Shown one piece after another: positions 41,456 to 54,671 of a DNA stretch of 64,000 bases. The DNA lies in assembly GCA_951406725.2 (NCBI GenBank), contig OX597825.1, positions 15,500,001 to 15,564,000 of the forward strand, given 5' to 3'. Under the pieces are notes generated by a model. That model did not search any database. It saw only the letters and a list, made by a program, of their open reading frames with translations, and had not been told where the DNA came from. The first letter of the stretch is position 1, and each line of letters begins with the position of its first letter. Source of the stretch: Octopus vulgaris. Its lineage: Eukaryota. Position numbers and translations under genes: made by a program.

Positions 41456-41500
41456 GTATTAATTTATTTCTATGTAATTAAAAGCCTAAATATATATATA

Positions 41501-41884
41501 TCTCTCTCTATATAAACGGCAGTTTGTCTGTGCGTGTTTCTGTGTGTCTGTTTGCTTGTACCCTCACTCTGACCACGGCTTTCAACCGATTCTGATGAAA
41601 CTTGACACACACATAGCCCAATGTCATAATTCAAAACTAACGCAGCGAAAATTTTGAAAAGTTCCCCTAGTTCAGAAAAAGATCGATAAATTCGACATGG
41701 GGTCGACAATCAGAAACACAAACCGCAGATGGTGTAGGGGACGCAACTCGGCCTTTTTAACTATCAAAAAAAATTTACCATCATTTTTTTCCCTTTTTTT
41801 TGCTATTTTTTGGCTATAACTCTCTAAAAGTGCTTTATAGTTATTTCCCTTACAAACCCGAGCAACGCCGGGCGATACTGCTAG
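41501..41884 (+). mobile_element. Non-autonomous Helitron
   Basis: 5' a|TCtctctctatataaacggcagtttgtctg; internal ccgattctgatgaaac; 3' hairpin cccgagcaacgccggg followed by cgatactgCTAG|t; in (TA)n. Confidence 0.85.
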
Positions 41885-41931
41885 TATATATATATATGTA
41901 TATCAGTATAGATATAAAGCCTAATTATGTA

Positions 41932-41968
<37 letters not shown>

Positions 41969-42261
41969 TAGTCAGGGCAGTAACGTGTAGGGCCACGTGC
42001 TGGATATAGACGCCAAATGGCGCAGAGAACTACAGTTATTTGCTCGTTTTGCACGGATTGAAAGCGGGGAAAGAGACTAAATAGGATTTATAAAAAAAAG
42101 GTTTAACGCATATCGATTTCGAGTTTAGACTTGTAAAATCTTCCGACCCACTTCAGTTTGGTGCGACTATTTCCACATAAAAATAAACATTTTCACATAC
42201 AAGTACGAATACCACGTATCCATAGTCATATCAACAAATGTCTAACGACTAACGATACCGT

Positions 42262-43610
42262 CGGGGGACGTTATGAGGCAGATAGAAGAGACAGAATATA
42301 AGTACTCGGTGATATTGGAAATAGATAAATTGATGGAGAAGCAATGACAGAAAAATTTAAGGGGGAGTACTTGCGCAGACTGAGACTGATCCTTCAGTCA
42401 AAATTAAACGGACGGAATAAGATCGAAACTATCAACACCTGGGTGGTTTCAATCCTTAGATACGGAGCAGGGTTAATCACATGGGCAGTAGACGAACTAA
42501 ACAGCTTAGACAGAAAGACAAGTAAGTTGCTAACAAGATATGGATCACTCCATCCAAAAAGTGACACAGGATGAAGAGGACTTATTGGATGCGAACACAG
42601 CATTAGAGCAGAAGAAAACAACATAGCATGGTATGTAAAAAATGCCACAGAACCGCTATTACGAGAAGTAAGGAGGTCAGGCTTGTGTAAGATGGAAGAT
42701 TGCAAAGATAAAGGATTATACGAGAATTTGAAAACGATTGAAACTGAAAAGAGGTGGGTAAAGATAAGAATGCATGGTCAATTTCATAGGGATGATGAAG
42801 ATAAAACAGACAGAGAAAAAGATGGTTGTGGATGACTAAAAGTAATTTAAAACCGGAAACGGAGGCTCTAATCTGTGCTGCCGAAGAGCAAACACTAAGA
42901 ACAAACTACATAAAATACAACATAGACAACACAAGAGAAATTGATAAATGCAGAATCTGTGGACAAAACGGTGAAACCGTATGGCATAGTAACAGCCAAT
43001 GTATGCCACTAGCACAGAAGGAATGTGAAAGACGCCACGACAATATAGCCAGGCTTGTCCATTGGACACTTTGCAGTAAGTATGAACTTAACAGAGCAAA
43101 GAATTGGTACGAACACAAACCTGAAGGCATCGTCGAAAATAGAAATGCAAAGATCTGATGGGATTTTATGATTCAGTGCGAGCATGAGATAGAGAATAGT
43201 AAGTCAGACATAGTCTTAATTGAGAAAGAAAACAAACTATGCTGGATCATAGAGATAGCATGCCCGGCTGACAACAAGGCATGCGATAAAGAAGAAAGAA
43301 AAGTCGAGAGATATGACAGGTTAGCTTGGGAAGTTAAGCAGTTGTGGTCGATAAAAAAGGTAGCAGTAGTACCAATAATTGTCGGAGCCCTGGAGACAGT
43401 GAGCAAAAATCTCGAGAAGTAGGTGTAACAAATAGGGGTTGCAATAAGAGTGGAGCACTTGCAGAAAACAGCACTGCTTGGAACTGCTTGAATACTCCAG
43501 AAGGTTCTCGAAAAAAAAAGGGGCGTTACCTTAGTTCACTGGTAATGAACGGCTAACAGTGTAGTACATCTCCAGCGTTAGAACCGTTTGCTTTAGTGAA
43601 ATGCAATAGA
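42262..43610 (+). pseudogene. 5'-truncated R4/Dong-type non-LTR retrotransposon (RT thumb, CCHC knuckle, restriction-like endonuclease)
   Basis: Fragments YKY..I; EYLRRLRLILQSKLNGRNKIETINTW..LRYGAG..LDRKT..LHPKSD; MHGQF; LKPETEALICAAEEQTLRTNY..KCRICGQNGETVWH..C..RRHDNIARLVHW; KSDIV..IIEIACP..VPIIVGAL. Frameshifts and stops present. Confidence 0.88.
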
Positions 43611-44005
43611 ATGACTATGAAATACCTAAGTTTTTTGAACTATGAAATACCTATGTTTTTACTGAATGTAATGGCCCTTCCTGAAAATGAATGTCATGAA
43701 ATATATATCATGAAATATTGTTCATATTACTTGGTCAAAAATCCGTGAGGTAAGGTTACTCACATTAAAGGTTCGTTAACCATTATGAGCTTGCTAATGC
43801 CCAAAAAATATAGCTATAAACGGTAGTTTGTATATGTATGTGCGTGGGTGTATTTATATGCATATTGGTTACCCGCGCATATCAAGATCATCACATACAG
43901 ACGAACAACACACAAACACACATATATAGAAACATATTATATATAAAAACAGATAGTGCCGAAAGAGAGAATGAGTCCTCTCTTTCTCTCTCTCTGAAAA
44001 TAAGA

Positions 44006-44042
<37 letters not shown>

Positions 44043-44387
44043 GCTATTTATCAGTAATTTTCTATTGACTTTCCCTCACATGAAACATTATATATGTCTT
44101 CATAGAACGCTAATAAAATTCATCTATTTGCTCTTTGCTATTATCTTTCGTCTCAACTCCCTGTTTTCCTTCCGTTTATAACTCTCCCCTTTACCACCTC
44201 ACATAAAATAGGTGGTTTATAAATATGCTTATAACACTATTTGATCATAGAATATCCTGTTGCACAAAAAAAATAACACATTGTGTTGCTTAGTTGTTTG
44301 TTTCGTTATGTATGTATAAATTACATTTAAAAGAGCTTTAACATCAATACTGCTTCTCTTTCAAAATGTATAGTGTGTTTGATTTTC

Positions 44388-44431
<44 letters not shown>

Positions 44432-44739
44432 CATCATATATCAATTGGAAAGACCAGATTTCGCATTATTGCCTGTACAGATCATCACAGAGTGTTTTTC
44501 AATAGTATTTAATGCATCACACACAACCCATTGTATTTATGATAATATAGTATCCAGATCTGAAACCGAACGATATGGGCTACTGACGGGATAAGTTTTA
44601 TGAATGGATCATACTTTCCAAATATCCGTCAGACGAATTTATTGTAGGAAGTAAAAGAATAACATAAAATAAAATACCAAAATCGAACACAATTTTATTA
44701 TTGTTATTCAACACCATTTTACGTGTTTTTTTCTTTATT

Positions 44740-44742
<3 letters not shown>

Positions 44743-44828
<86 letters not shown>
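44743..44828. repeat. (TG)n microsatellite
   Basis: Direct inspection. Confidence 0.95.
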
Positions 44829-44837
<9 letters not shown>

Positions 44838-45722
44838 TGTGTGCATTATGAGCTGCGAGGTAATTCAAAGACACATTTGTATGGTTGTCCCTTAAATATA
44901 TATCATTAAAAACGCCTCTGCTTTTGTTGAAAACGTCACTTATCAATATACAAAAATACATTGAAATTATTTGGCCATATTTTTAAATAAATTTTAAATT
45001 GTCATCGTTGTTTGTTGTACGAATTCTTTTCAATGAAGTCTACTCACAGATTCGCCAAATTGAAGTGAATATCAATGATCACAATATAATACAATGATGG
45101 CTTGCATTGTTAACGAATTGTAATAATTGTATTGTCCATGTATTGTGTAATATTAATTCATCATAATATATAATTATTGTTGTAAATATATATATATATA
45201 TAATCTATTTTTCAATTCAGACCGACACTCATTCACCTGTGAATGTTCTTATATCTATGATAACTGCAGTTTTCTTCTTTTTATATATATGTTGAAATTG
45301 TACTGGCTTCTAAAATTCTATTCATTATTGTGTGTTTTACCGTTGTTTCATCTATATTAATCTGCTAAATAAGGAGATAGCATTGTTCTCATTTTATATA
45401 AATAACTTTTATCTTTTTGTTGATAAGAGATGTTGGTCATAAGTTCAAACCTTACTGCTACAAACAATATCTGTAACAATAAGGTTTGAAAATACAAACA
45501 ATGATGTTCTCCTCTATAACAACCCGAAGCCTGCTTGCTTAAAATTCTCAACAACCTAATAGGTTGTATTTATAAATGAGCGAATATAGTAAACAATTGT
45601 AATAAAGGCATCATTGATTTTAATAGATATATATATATATTGCGTTTAGGGAAACCTAATTGAACGATATTCAAATATCAGATAATCTTACCCATGACAA
45701 GTAATAATGGAATAAGAACGCA

Positions 45723-46300
45723 GGGCGGCGAGCTGGCAGAATGGTTAGCACGCCAGGCGAAATGCGTAGCGGTATTTCATCTGCCGCTACGTTCTGACTT
45801 CAAATTCCGCCGAGGTCCACTTTTGCCTTTCATCCTTTCGGGGTCGATAAATTAAGTACCAGTTGTGTACTGGTGTCGATGTAATCGACTTAATCCGTGT
45901 ATCTGTCCTTGTTTGTCCTCTCTGTGTTTAGCCCCTTGTGGGTAATAAAGAAATAGGTATTTCGTCTGCCGCTACGTTCTGATTTCAAATTCCGCCGAGG
46001 TCGACTTTGCCTTTCATCCTTTCGGGGTCGATTAAATATGTACCAGTTACTCACTGAGGTCGATAATCGACTTAATCCGTTTGTCTGTCCTTGTTTATCC
46101 TTTCTGTATTTAGCCCTTTGTGGGTAGTAAAGAAATGGGTATTTCGTTCCCTCGTCACGTACTGAGTTCAAATTCCGGCAAAGTCGACTTTTCATCCTTA
46201 AACGGACGATAAAATAAGTACCAGTTGATCACTGGGGTCGATGTAATCGACTTACTTACCACCTCCCCCGCTATTTCTGGCTTTGTGCCAAAATTTGAAA
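45723..46300 (+). mobile_element. SINE family 2 trimer (last unit with alternative tail)
   Basis: Head at 45723; bodies restart near 45957 and 46140 after aaagaaat.ggtatttcg; ends cccccgctatttctggctttgtgccaaaatttgaaa. Confidence 0.9.
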
Positions 46301-46626
46301 GCGATAAAGTAGGAATGTCCTTTTACTTTCTTTTAGCATTTACTCTAAGGAGAGAGCTGGTGGATGGAACATTCGAATAGATCCTTTCAGTATTTAGCAA
46401 CATTCAGTAACTGCATGTTTACGTTCTCAGTTTACATACCCTTAACAGAAACTCACAAGCTATGTTTTATTGTCGTCAATTCTGAGGTCCATAAAATAAG
46501 TACAATGAAAAATGGTGGATATTCAAATCCAAGATGGTGAGGCAAATTTAGGAATAATTTGTCAGTCGTCAGAGAAGAACGAGAGACGTTCTTGTACCAT
46601 TTTGTATTTTATTTATATATATATAA

Positions 46627-46999
46627 ATTAAATAATGAGGGTAAAAATTGATATCAATCAATTAACATCAATTTAAACCAGTAGTCTAGCATATTCAGAA
46701 AAAAATGCGAAGAATTAAAAATTTATATTACAATTAATAAGAGGAATGACCACTAAAGAGGATTCCTATACGCTAGAGGTAGACGTCAGATCGCCTTATC
46801 ACAAACAGTTTGTTCTAAAAAAAATACCCAGCAAACGCCAAAATGTAAAGAAAATAACCAAGATAAATGGAAATTTGCAAAATAAAATGATTACCTAGAT
46901 TTCTTGAGAACACACTCTTTGTGGTAAGGCGATTTGACGTCTATCTCTAGCGTATAGGAATCCACTTTAGTGGTCATTCCTCTTATTAATTGTAATATA
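46627..46999. repeat. (TA)n-embedded fold-back element, arms about 46724-46816 and 46907-46999
   Basis: tatattacaattaataagaggaatgaccactaaag.ggattcctatacgctagag.tagacgtca.atcgcctta.cacaaa is mirrored on the other strand; 46627-46730 resembles 39844-39935. Confidence 0.85.
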
Positions 47000-47546
47000 T
47001 ATATAATGGAATATCGTGTTTTTTAATCTACAACACAGAAATCCGATAGCGTTTTTTAGACATCTCCACCTTCCTGCCTCCTGCAACCTCTTCCTGTTAA
47101 ATTCTACCAGTATTCTATGAGTGCGTGTGATGGACAGGAAAATTTCTAAATATTGGTTGGCAGCTTGGAGAGATAGGCATCAAATGGCTACAATATTAAA
47201 CTGTTTGGTCATCGCCGGCTGGAATAGAAAGAGAGGGACAGAGAGTGTAAAAGTGAAACGGATAGAATTAAATATGTCTGGTCAAAGCACAGCCAAAGAT
47301 TTTACTTGTATTCTTTCCGATGTTCACCAGTCATAAATTAAATAAGTAGTAACTTTGTAATTAATATTGCAGTTGTGTAATTAGTTTATTGTGTTCACAG
47401 AAAGAAGTAAAACCTCAATAGTGATAATTTCCGCAACATCTAACAAATAGCGATCGACGACAACCTGGCACTAAAATTCATAATATAATAAACAACGTCC
47501 ATCACAAATTATAACATCTAGAAAATTCTAAACTACACCTGCCTCC

Positions 47547-47547
<1 letters not shown>

Positions 47548-47617
<70 letters not shown>
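47548..47617. repeat. (CT)n microsatellite
   Basis: Direct inspection. Confidence 0.95.
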
Positions 47618-47619
<2 letters not shown>

Positions 47620-47870
47620 TCTCCCCTTTCCTTTTCTCTATCGCTCTCTCACTCACTCTTTCTTATCTATCGAAAGTTTAATATTAATAATAGTGCTCTT
47701 GTAGTTATACAAACGATTGTACTTTTGAGTGACCTGGTATCTCCTTACAATCGCATTATACCAGCATAAAACACACGTAAGACATTAAAGGAAATCCTAG
47801 ATACATTATGTCTGAAAGTTTTGGAATGTCTTCAGACACGTCAATAACACCGACGATAAACGTACAATCG

Positions 47871-47916
<46 letters not shown>

Positions 47917-47921
47917 CGTAC

Positions 47922-47960
<39 letters not shown>

Positions 47961-48106
47961 GGATAAAATCTTTATAAGAAATTATCAAGTATTTGCGTAA
48001 AAAACTCCCAAGGGAAAATTTAATTATTCCCTTTAAATATGTTTATTTATATTAAGGGTATTACTATACATTACACACGCTAGGAGGGACTCCTTAGTAA
48101 TGCCTT

Positions 48107-48153
<47 letters not shown>

Positions 48154-48188
48154 TATATATATAAATATATATATATATATACACACAC

Positions 48189-48274
<86 letters not shown>

Positions 48275-48663
48275 GTGTGTCATGGGTAATAAGAAATATT
48301 AGAAAATTCTACTACCATTGGCCTAGCGTGTAAAAATTTAGTCAATAGACTATATATTATGCATATAAATACAGAGTACAATATATATAGTGAGAGGGCC
48401 AATGTTTCAGTCTTTGAAACAGTAATTCTTACCGCTTTGCAGTACACGGTAATGAACCTGATCACTGCGTGCTACTAGGCCGTATCGTCTGCATATATCA
48501 GCTTACCGATCTTGCACCAACCGATTGAGTTAATACTTGTTATTGTTATTTTAAGTGCACTTAAAGGTACGTTTTGTCAACTCTTTCCTTCCATACTCTC
48601 GCTTGAACGAGTTTTTCAAGTAAGTAAATAACATATATTACTTACTATAATATATATATATAA

Positions 48664-48896
48664 AGGCGTAAGGCGGCGAGCTGGCAGAAACGTTAGCACG
48701 GCGGGCGAAATGCTTAGCCGTATTTCGTCTGTCGTTACGTTCCGAGTTCAAATTCCGTTGAAGTCGTCTTTACCTTCCATCCTTTCGGGGTCGATAAATT
48801 AAGTACCAGTTACGCACTGGCGTCGATATAATCGACTTAATCCCTATGTCTGTCCTTGTTTTTTCCTCTCTGTGTTTAGCCCCTTGTGGGTAGTAG

Positions 48897-48898
<2 letters not shown>
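48664..48898 (+). mobile_element. SINE family 2
   Basis: aaggcggcgagctggcagaaacg...ccccttgtgggtagtag. Confidence 0.9.
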
Positions 48899-48933
<35 letters not shown>

Positions 48934-48939
48934 AAGAAA

Positions 48940-49242
48940 GAGGCGCAATAGCCCAGTTGTTAGGGCAGTGGACTCGCGATTGGAGGATCGCGGTTTCGAT
49001 TCCCAGACCGAGCTTTGTGTGTGTTTATTGAGCAAAAACACCTAAAGCCTCAAGAGGCTCCGGCAGGGGATGGTGGCGACCCCTGTTGTACTCTTTCGCC
49101 CCAAATTTTTCTTTCTTTCTTCCTGTTTCTTGAGTAACGCTGTGATGGACTGGCGTTCCGTACAGCTGGGGTGGGGATCACATACGCCATAGAAACCGGA
49201 AAACTGGGCCCTTGAGCCTAGCTAGACTTGAAAAGAGCGCAT
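48940..49242 (+). mobile_element. SINE family 3
   Basis: gaggcgcaatagcccagttgttagggcag.ggactcgcg..ggtttcgattcccagaccg..gagcaaaaacacctaaagc..agaaaccggaaaactgggccc; homologous to 38349-38646. Confidence 0.8.
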
Positions 49243-49824
49243 CAGTAAATAAATAGTATATATATTATTACTGTATCACATACAAAAGAACCTAACTGAC
49301 ATGTGCATGTTTTATGCTTCAACACATATGTGTACTAAGCTTTTTGCAGATAAGTGTATTTCGTATGAATAGTGTATTTCACACTCTCGCACACACGCGC
49401 ATATCCAAACAAGCATATACAAACATATAACCCTACATACTAACCTGCACAAATGCTTCTAACTGCGTAGGTAGTCATTGATAAATGTGTTTCTTGCGCA
49501 CATATATGATCATGAAATTCCTGTATGTATGCCAGTAGTGTCACAATGTCCGTATACCACTTTGTGTGTGAGTATCAGGCAGCTGTGCAGTTGCATTGAT
49601 CTCAGCTGCGCTGTTGGTACTGCATGTATGGATGGATGTCAACTTATCGGATTTTTCTAGCCGGCTATATAGATAGCTGTTTACCTGTTTTCCGTATCGA
49701 TTTCTAATATACATAGTCAAATGCCACACATTTTTGCGGATGGGAACAATCGATTCGGAACAACACGAATACTTGACTGGTACTTATTTATTGACTTGAA
49801 AAGAATGAAAGACAAACAGAACAT

Positions 49825-50244
<420 letters not shown>

Positions 50245-50812
50245 AGAACGTTGCTAAAAACTGCAAGGTATTTTTATCTGACACACTACAGAATCTGCTG
50301 TCAACTGCTGATTTCAATGTTAGTAGTACCATTTTGTTAGTCTTTCTGGCATGATACGAATTGCGTGTAAAAAAACAAAAAAAAACAAAAACAAAACAAA
50401 AAAAAGGCAACATAAATGGAAAAATTCATTGATGTTTGAATAAGAGAATATTATTGCAGGTGTCGAATTCATGAACTGTTGAGAAATATCCTAGACATAC
50501 GTAGATAGCTACAAGCTTTGGAAAATTCAATTATATACATGGAATTGTTTTCCTTTTACTTTCTTAACTGTTTATTTTGGTTGTAATCTTCATTTTTATT
50601 AAAGTCTACAGAATTCATTACCTCATGAGTTTCTTGAAATATTTTTGTTTTTGTTAATACCTCTTGTATTTGTTTCAGTGTATTTTCTTCTCATTTGTAG
50701 CATGATATTTGTCATGCCAGATTCTTAAAGTCTTTCTAATTAACTTTTTTTTGTTGAATTTGTTGTTGTTTCTTTACTTTCTATGTGTATATTTTCGTTT
50801 ATATGTATATAC

Positions 50813-51274
<462 letters not shown>

Positions 51275-51634
51275 GCATAAAATTTGTGAAAGTATAATTA
51301 ATTTTAAAAAATTCTAAAAATTACTATTTATTCTTTGGAACAGTAGAATTTAATGAATGTGCTTCAAAATATTGTGTGACAGAAGTAGGATAGTCAAGGT
51401 AGACAACTAATAATGGACTTGTAAATTCTTTCTTATTCCAACATTTTCCCCTATTTATGAACGATTATTAACTAATATTTAAGAATTGTATTGTCTAAAT
51501 TACGAAAATATTTTACCGACTCTGTTCCAATATCCAGAACATGAATCTTGACTCTCGATCATTAACAAATTCCCTTTTAGGGCGCTGTAGACAGATTCCA
51601 AACTCAGTATAGCAATATATTTTCTCGGGAATTA

Positions 51635-51845
51635 AGGCTGCGAACCGGAAGGATCGTAACCATGCCGGGCAAAGCGCTTAATAGCATTTCGACCGTTGTC
51701 ACGTTCTGAGTCAAAATTCTGCCCAGATCGGCTTTGCCTTTAATCTTCACGGGGTCGATTAAATAAGTACCAGTTGAACACTGGAGTCGATGAAGTCGAC
51801 TTACGCCTCTCCTAAAATTGCTGGCCTTGTGCCAAAATTTGTACC
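51635..51845 (+). mobile_element. Diverged SINE family 2
   Basis: aaggctgcgaac..gccgggcaaa..cgttctgagtcaaaattc..ggggtcgattaaataagtaccag. Confidence 0.75.
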
Positions 51846-51930
51846 CAATATGCCAATATATTGTTTCGAGAAATCTGATTGAAATTTTTGTTTTGCATAG
51901 AGACGTAAAGGGGGGAAAAGTATACAAAAT

Positions 51931-52338
51931 ATGGCTGTGTGGTAAGTAGCTTGCTTACCAACCACATGGTTCCGGGTTCAGTCCCACTGCGCGGCACCTT
52001 GGGCAAGTGTCTTCTGCTATAGCCTCGGGCCGACTAATGCCTTGTGAGTGGATTTGGTAGACGGAAACTGAAAGAAGCCTGTCGTATATATATGTATATA
52101 TATATATATGTATGTGTGTGTATATGTCTGTGTGTCTGTGTTTGTCCACCCAGCATTGCTTGACAACCGATGCTGGTGTGTTTACGTCCCCGTCAATTAG
52201 CGGTTCGGCAAAGTAGACCGATAGAATCAGTACTGGGCTTACAAAAGAATAAGTTCCAGGATTGAGTTGCTCGACTAAAGGCGGTGCTCCAGCATGGCCG
52301 CAGTCAAATGACTGAAACAAGTAATAGAGTAATAGAGT
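51931..52338 (+). mobile_element. SINE family 1, full length
   Basis: tggctgtgtggtaagtagcttgcttaccaaccacatggttccgggttcagtccc...gactgaaacaagtaatagagtaatagag. Confidence 0.9.
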
Positions 52339-53399
52339 ATTATTGGTATGCAATACAGAAATACCATCTGCAGGCGTAGGTGTGGAGATAAGTTTGTTTC
52401 CTTGGGCGGTGGTGGCTGGAGAGTTTACACCCACTCACCACAAGAAACTAAAATAGATGGAATACAATATGTTACAGTCAATTATTCTGAAAATATAATT
52501 TCAATGCTACTTGTACAATTAAGCACGATCACAAACGATAAAAGAAAATTTGCAAGGACATAATAACGTAAATGCTTTAATTGAAGATAAAAATATATAT
52601 TTCTTTCTAATTACGATGTCTAAAATTATAATAATCTGATGGAAATTCCACCTCCTTCGTATACATTGATTTTTCTCACCAATAATTACTTTATACTATT
52701 TAACTGTAAAATAGTTTCTAGTCGAAACTAGTTGTGACAAGATGAGATGATAAATGTTACCAACGGTCATATTTGCAGCTTCTCTCTCTTCTTATAATTT
52801 CTGTTGACAAACTAACACTGTTCATATTTTTAAGTAATCAGCAATTATGAAGACAGCTATTAATGAATAACAAATATTTGTGCTAATTTCTGTTGCTAGA
52901 ATAAATATAATATGGTCTGATATCCTTGTGAATTGCCATTCAACAAGAGACGAAACAAATATTTTAAGTTAACTAACGCATTTTAACGTATTTTATTAAC
53001 ACACGAACTTTTTTTTTTTTTAGAGTATCACACTTTCGTAAGCCTTCATAAATATATTGAGGTTTGATACAGAGAGAACAATGTTAATCTGAATAATTTC
53101 TATTCAATTCACTCGTTACTTTGTGGGGCGAAGATCGATTGCATCTTACGCGGTGCTATTAAAACGTTCTCGGACTAGTGTTGTAGTGCGCCAATAAATG
53201 GCGGCTAAGAGAGCTAGCAGTGACCTTCATGAAGCAGTGTTCCGTGTGACATCACTGTGTTTACTTCGCAAATTTTCAAATTTGTGTTTTGGGGATCACG
53301 TGTATGCAGTAGTCCACGATTTTTGTCATGGACATGAAGCTGGAACAAAGAGCCAAATTGAAGTTTTGCGTTGAAATTCCGACATATGCTACAGATATA

Positions 53400-54671
53400 C
53401 GAGGGGCGTTCAATAAGTAATGCCCCTGACCCACTTCCCATAGCAGTAGAGCAACGAAACTTGGCACAGGTATTAGTCTTTTTCTACATAGGAACAACCC
53501 AGAGGTACGCATTTCTCCCATCGTTTGATGCAGTTCTGGAGACCGTTTTCGTAGAAGACCCAGCTTGGTCCCCCAACCACGACGTGACTTCAGAAATCAA
53601 GGCTGCATCATCTGGGAAACGCTTTCCTTTCAAAAACAACTTCATGGCTGGGAAGAGGTGAAAATCAGAGGGTGCAAGGTCAGGAAAGTAGGGGGGATGC
53701 GGAGGAGTTCATAGCCATACGCCTGTGCTTCTGATCTGGCGACACGCGAGTTGTGGACCGGAGCGTTGTCCTGCAGGAGGAGGATGCCTTTGCTGATCTT
53801 GCCCCGCCTCTTGGTTTCGATAGCTTCTCTTAATTTCCTCAAAAGTGAAACATGATAGGTTCCTGTAATTGTGGTACCCTTTGCCAGGAAATCTGTCATC
53901 ACTACTCCGTCCTGGTCCCAGAAGACTGTGAGCATGACCTTGCCAGCGGAGGGCTGCACCCTTGCCTTCTTTGGAGGAGGTGAGTCATTGTGCTTCCACT
54001 GCATTGACTGGGCTTTGGTCTCTGGATCATAGTGATAGACCCAGGTCTCATCCTGTGTAATCGGTCTTTTGAAAAATTTTGACTCATCTTATTGGCACAT
54101 CCCTAAATTCTTGCTTCTGGAATTCTTGCGTTCTTGCTTCTGGAAAAGTGTGAGCAACCTGGAAATCCATCTGGCAGACACCTTTTGCATATGCAAATGG
54201 TTATGAATGATAGTTGCCACAGACCTGGTTCTAATCTTGACCTCATGGCTATTTGGCGAATAGTTATGCGTCGATCTTCCAAAATGGCAGCCTCAACTTG
54301 ACGGACAGATGCCTCATCAATGGCAGAAGGGGTGCGACCAGATCTGGGAGCTGTTTCCACAGAGTTCCGACCATGTTTGAATTCACGATGCCAGCGTTTT
54401 ACAAGGTCATATGATGGGGCATCATCACCATAAGTTACTTTCATTTCATTAAAAGTCTCCTGTGGTGTGCGTCATTTCAAATACAAAAACCGGATCACTG
54501 CTCGATTCAACATGACTCATTTCAAACACCTGTAAATCAGAAACCACAATTAGTTCGGAGCTGTAATTTGCCACTTAATCTATAGAGATATCAATGATTG
54601 CACATGCAAAATTTCAGCTAGATCAAACAAAGGCAAAGTGGTCAGAGGCATTACTTATTGAACGCCCCTCG
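53400..54671 (-). mobile_element. Full-length (~1.27 kb) mariner transposon with TA TSD
   Basis: TA-cgaggggcgttcaataagtaatgcccctgacc ... ggtcagaggcattacttattgaacgcccctcg-TA. Confidence 0.95.
53472..54520 (-). pseudogene. Mariner DD34D transposase, frameshifted
   Basis: ORFs 54103-54444 (YGDDAPSYDLVKRWHREFKHGR..APRSGR..DRRIT) and 53642-54004 (SAGKVMLTVFWD..LLQDNAPVH); also TQDETWVYHYDPETK and PDLAPSDFHLFP; several frameshifts. Confidence 0.92.

Noticed and set aside
41590-41605. ctgatgaaac as a hammerhead core
   Set aside because: No room for stem II; it is part of the common internal Helitron motif ccgatt.tgatgaaa.
46907-46985. HDV-like or twister ribozyme in the fold-back arm
   Set aside because: I could not assign the required pseudoknot pairings by eye; kept only as an unexplained structured element.
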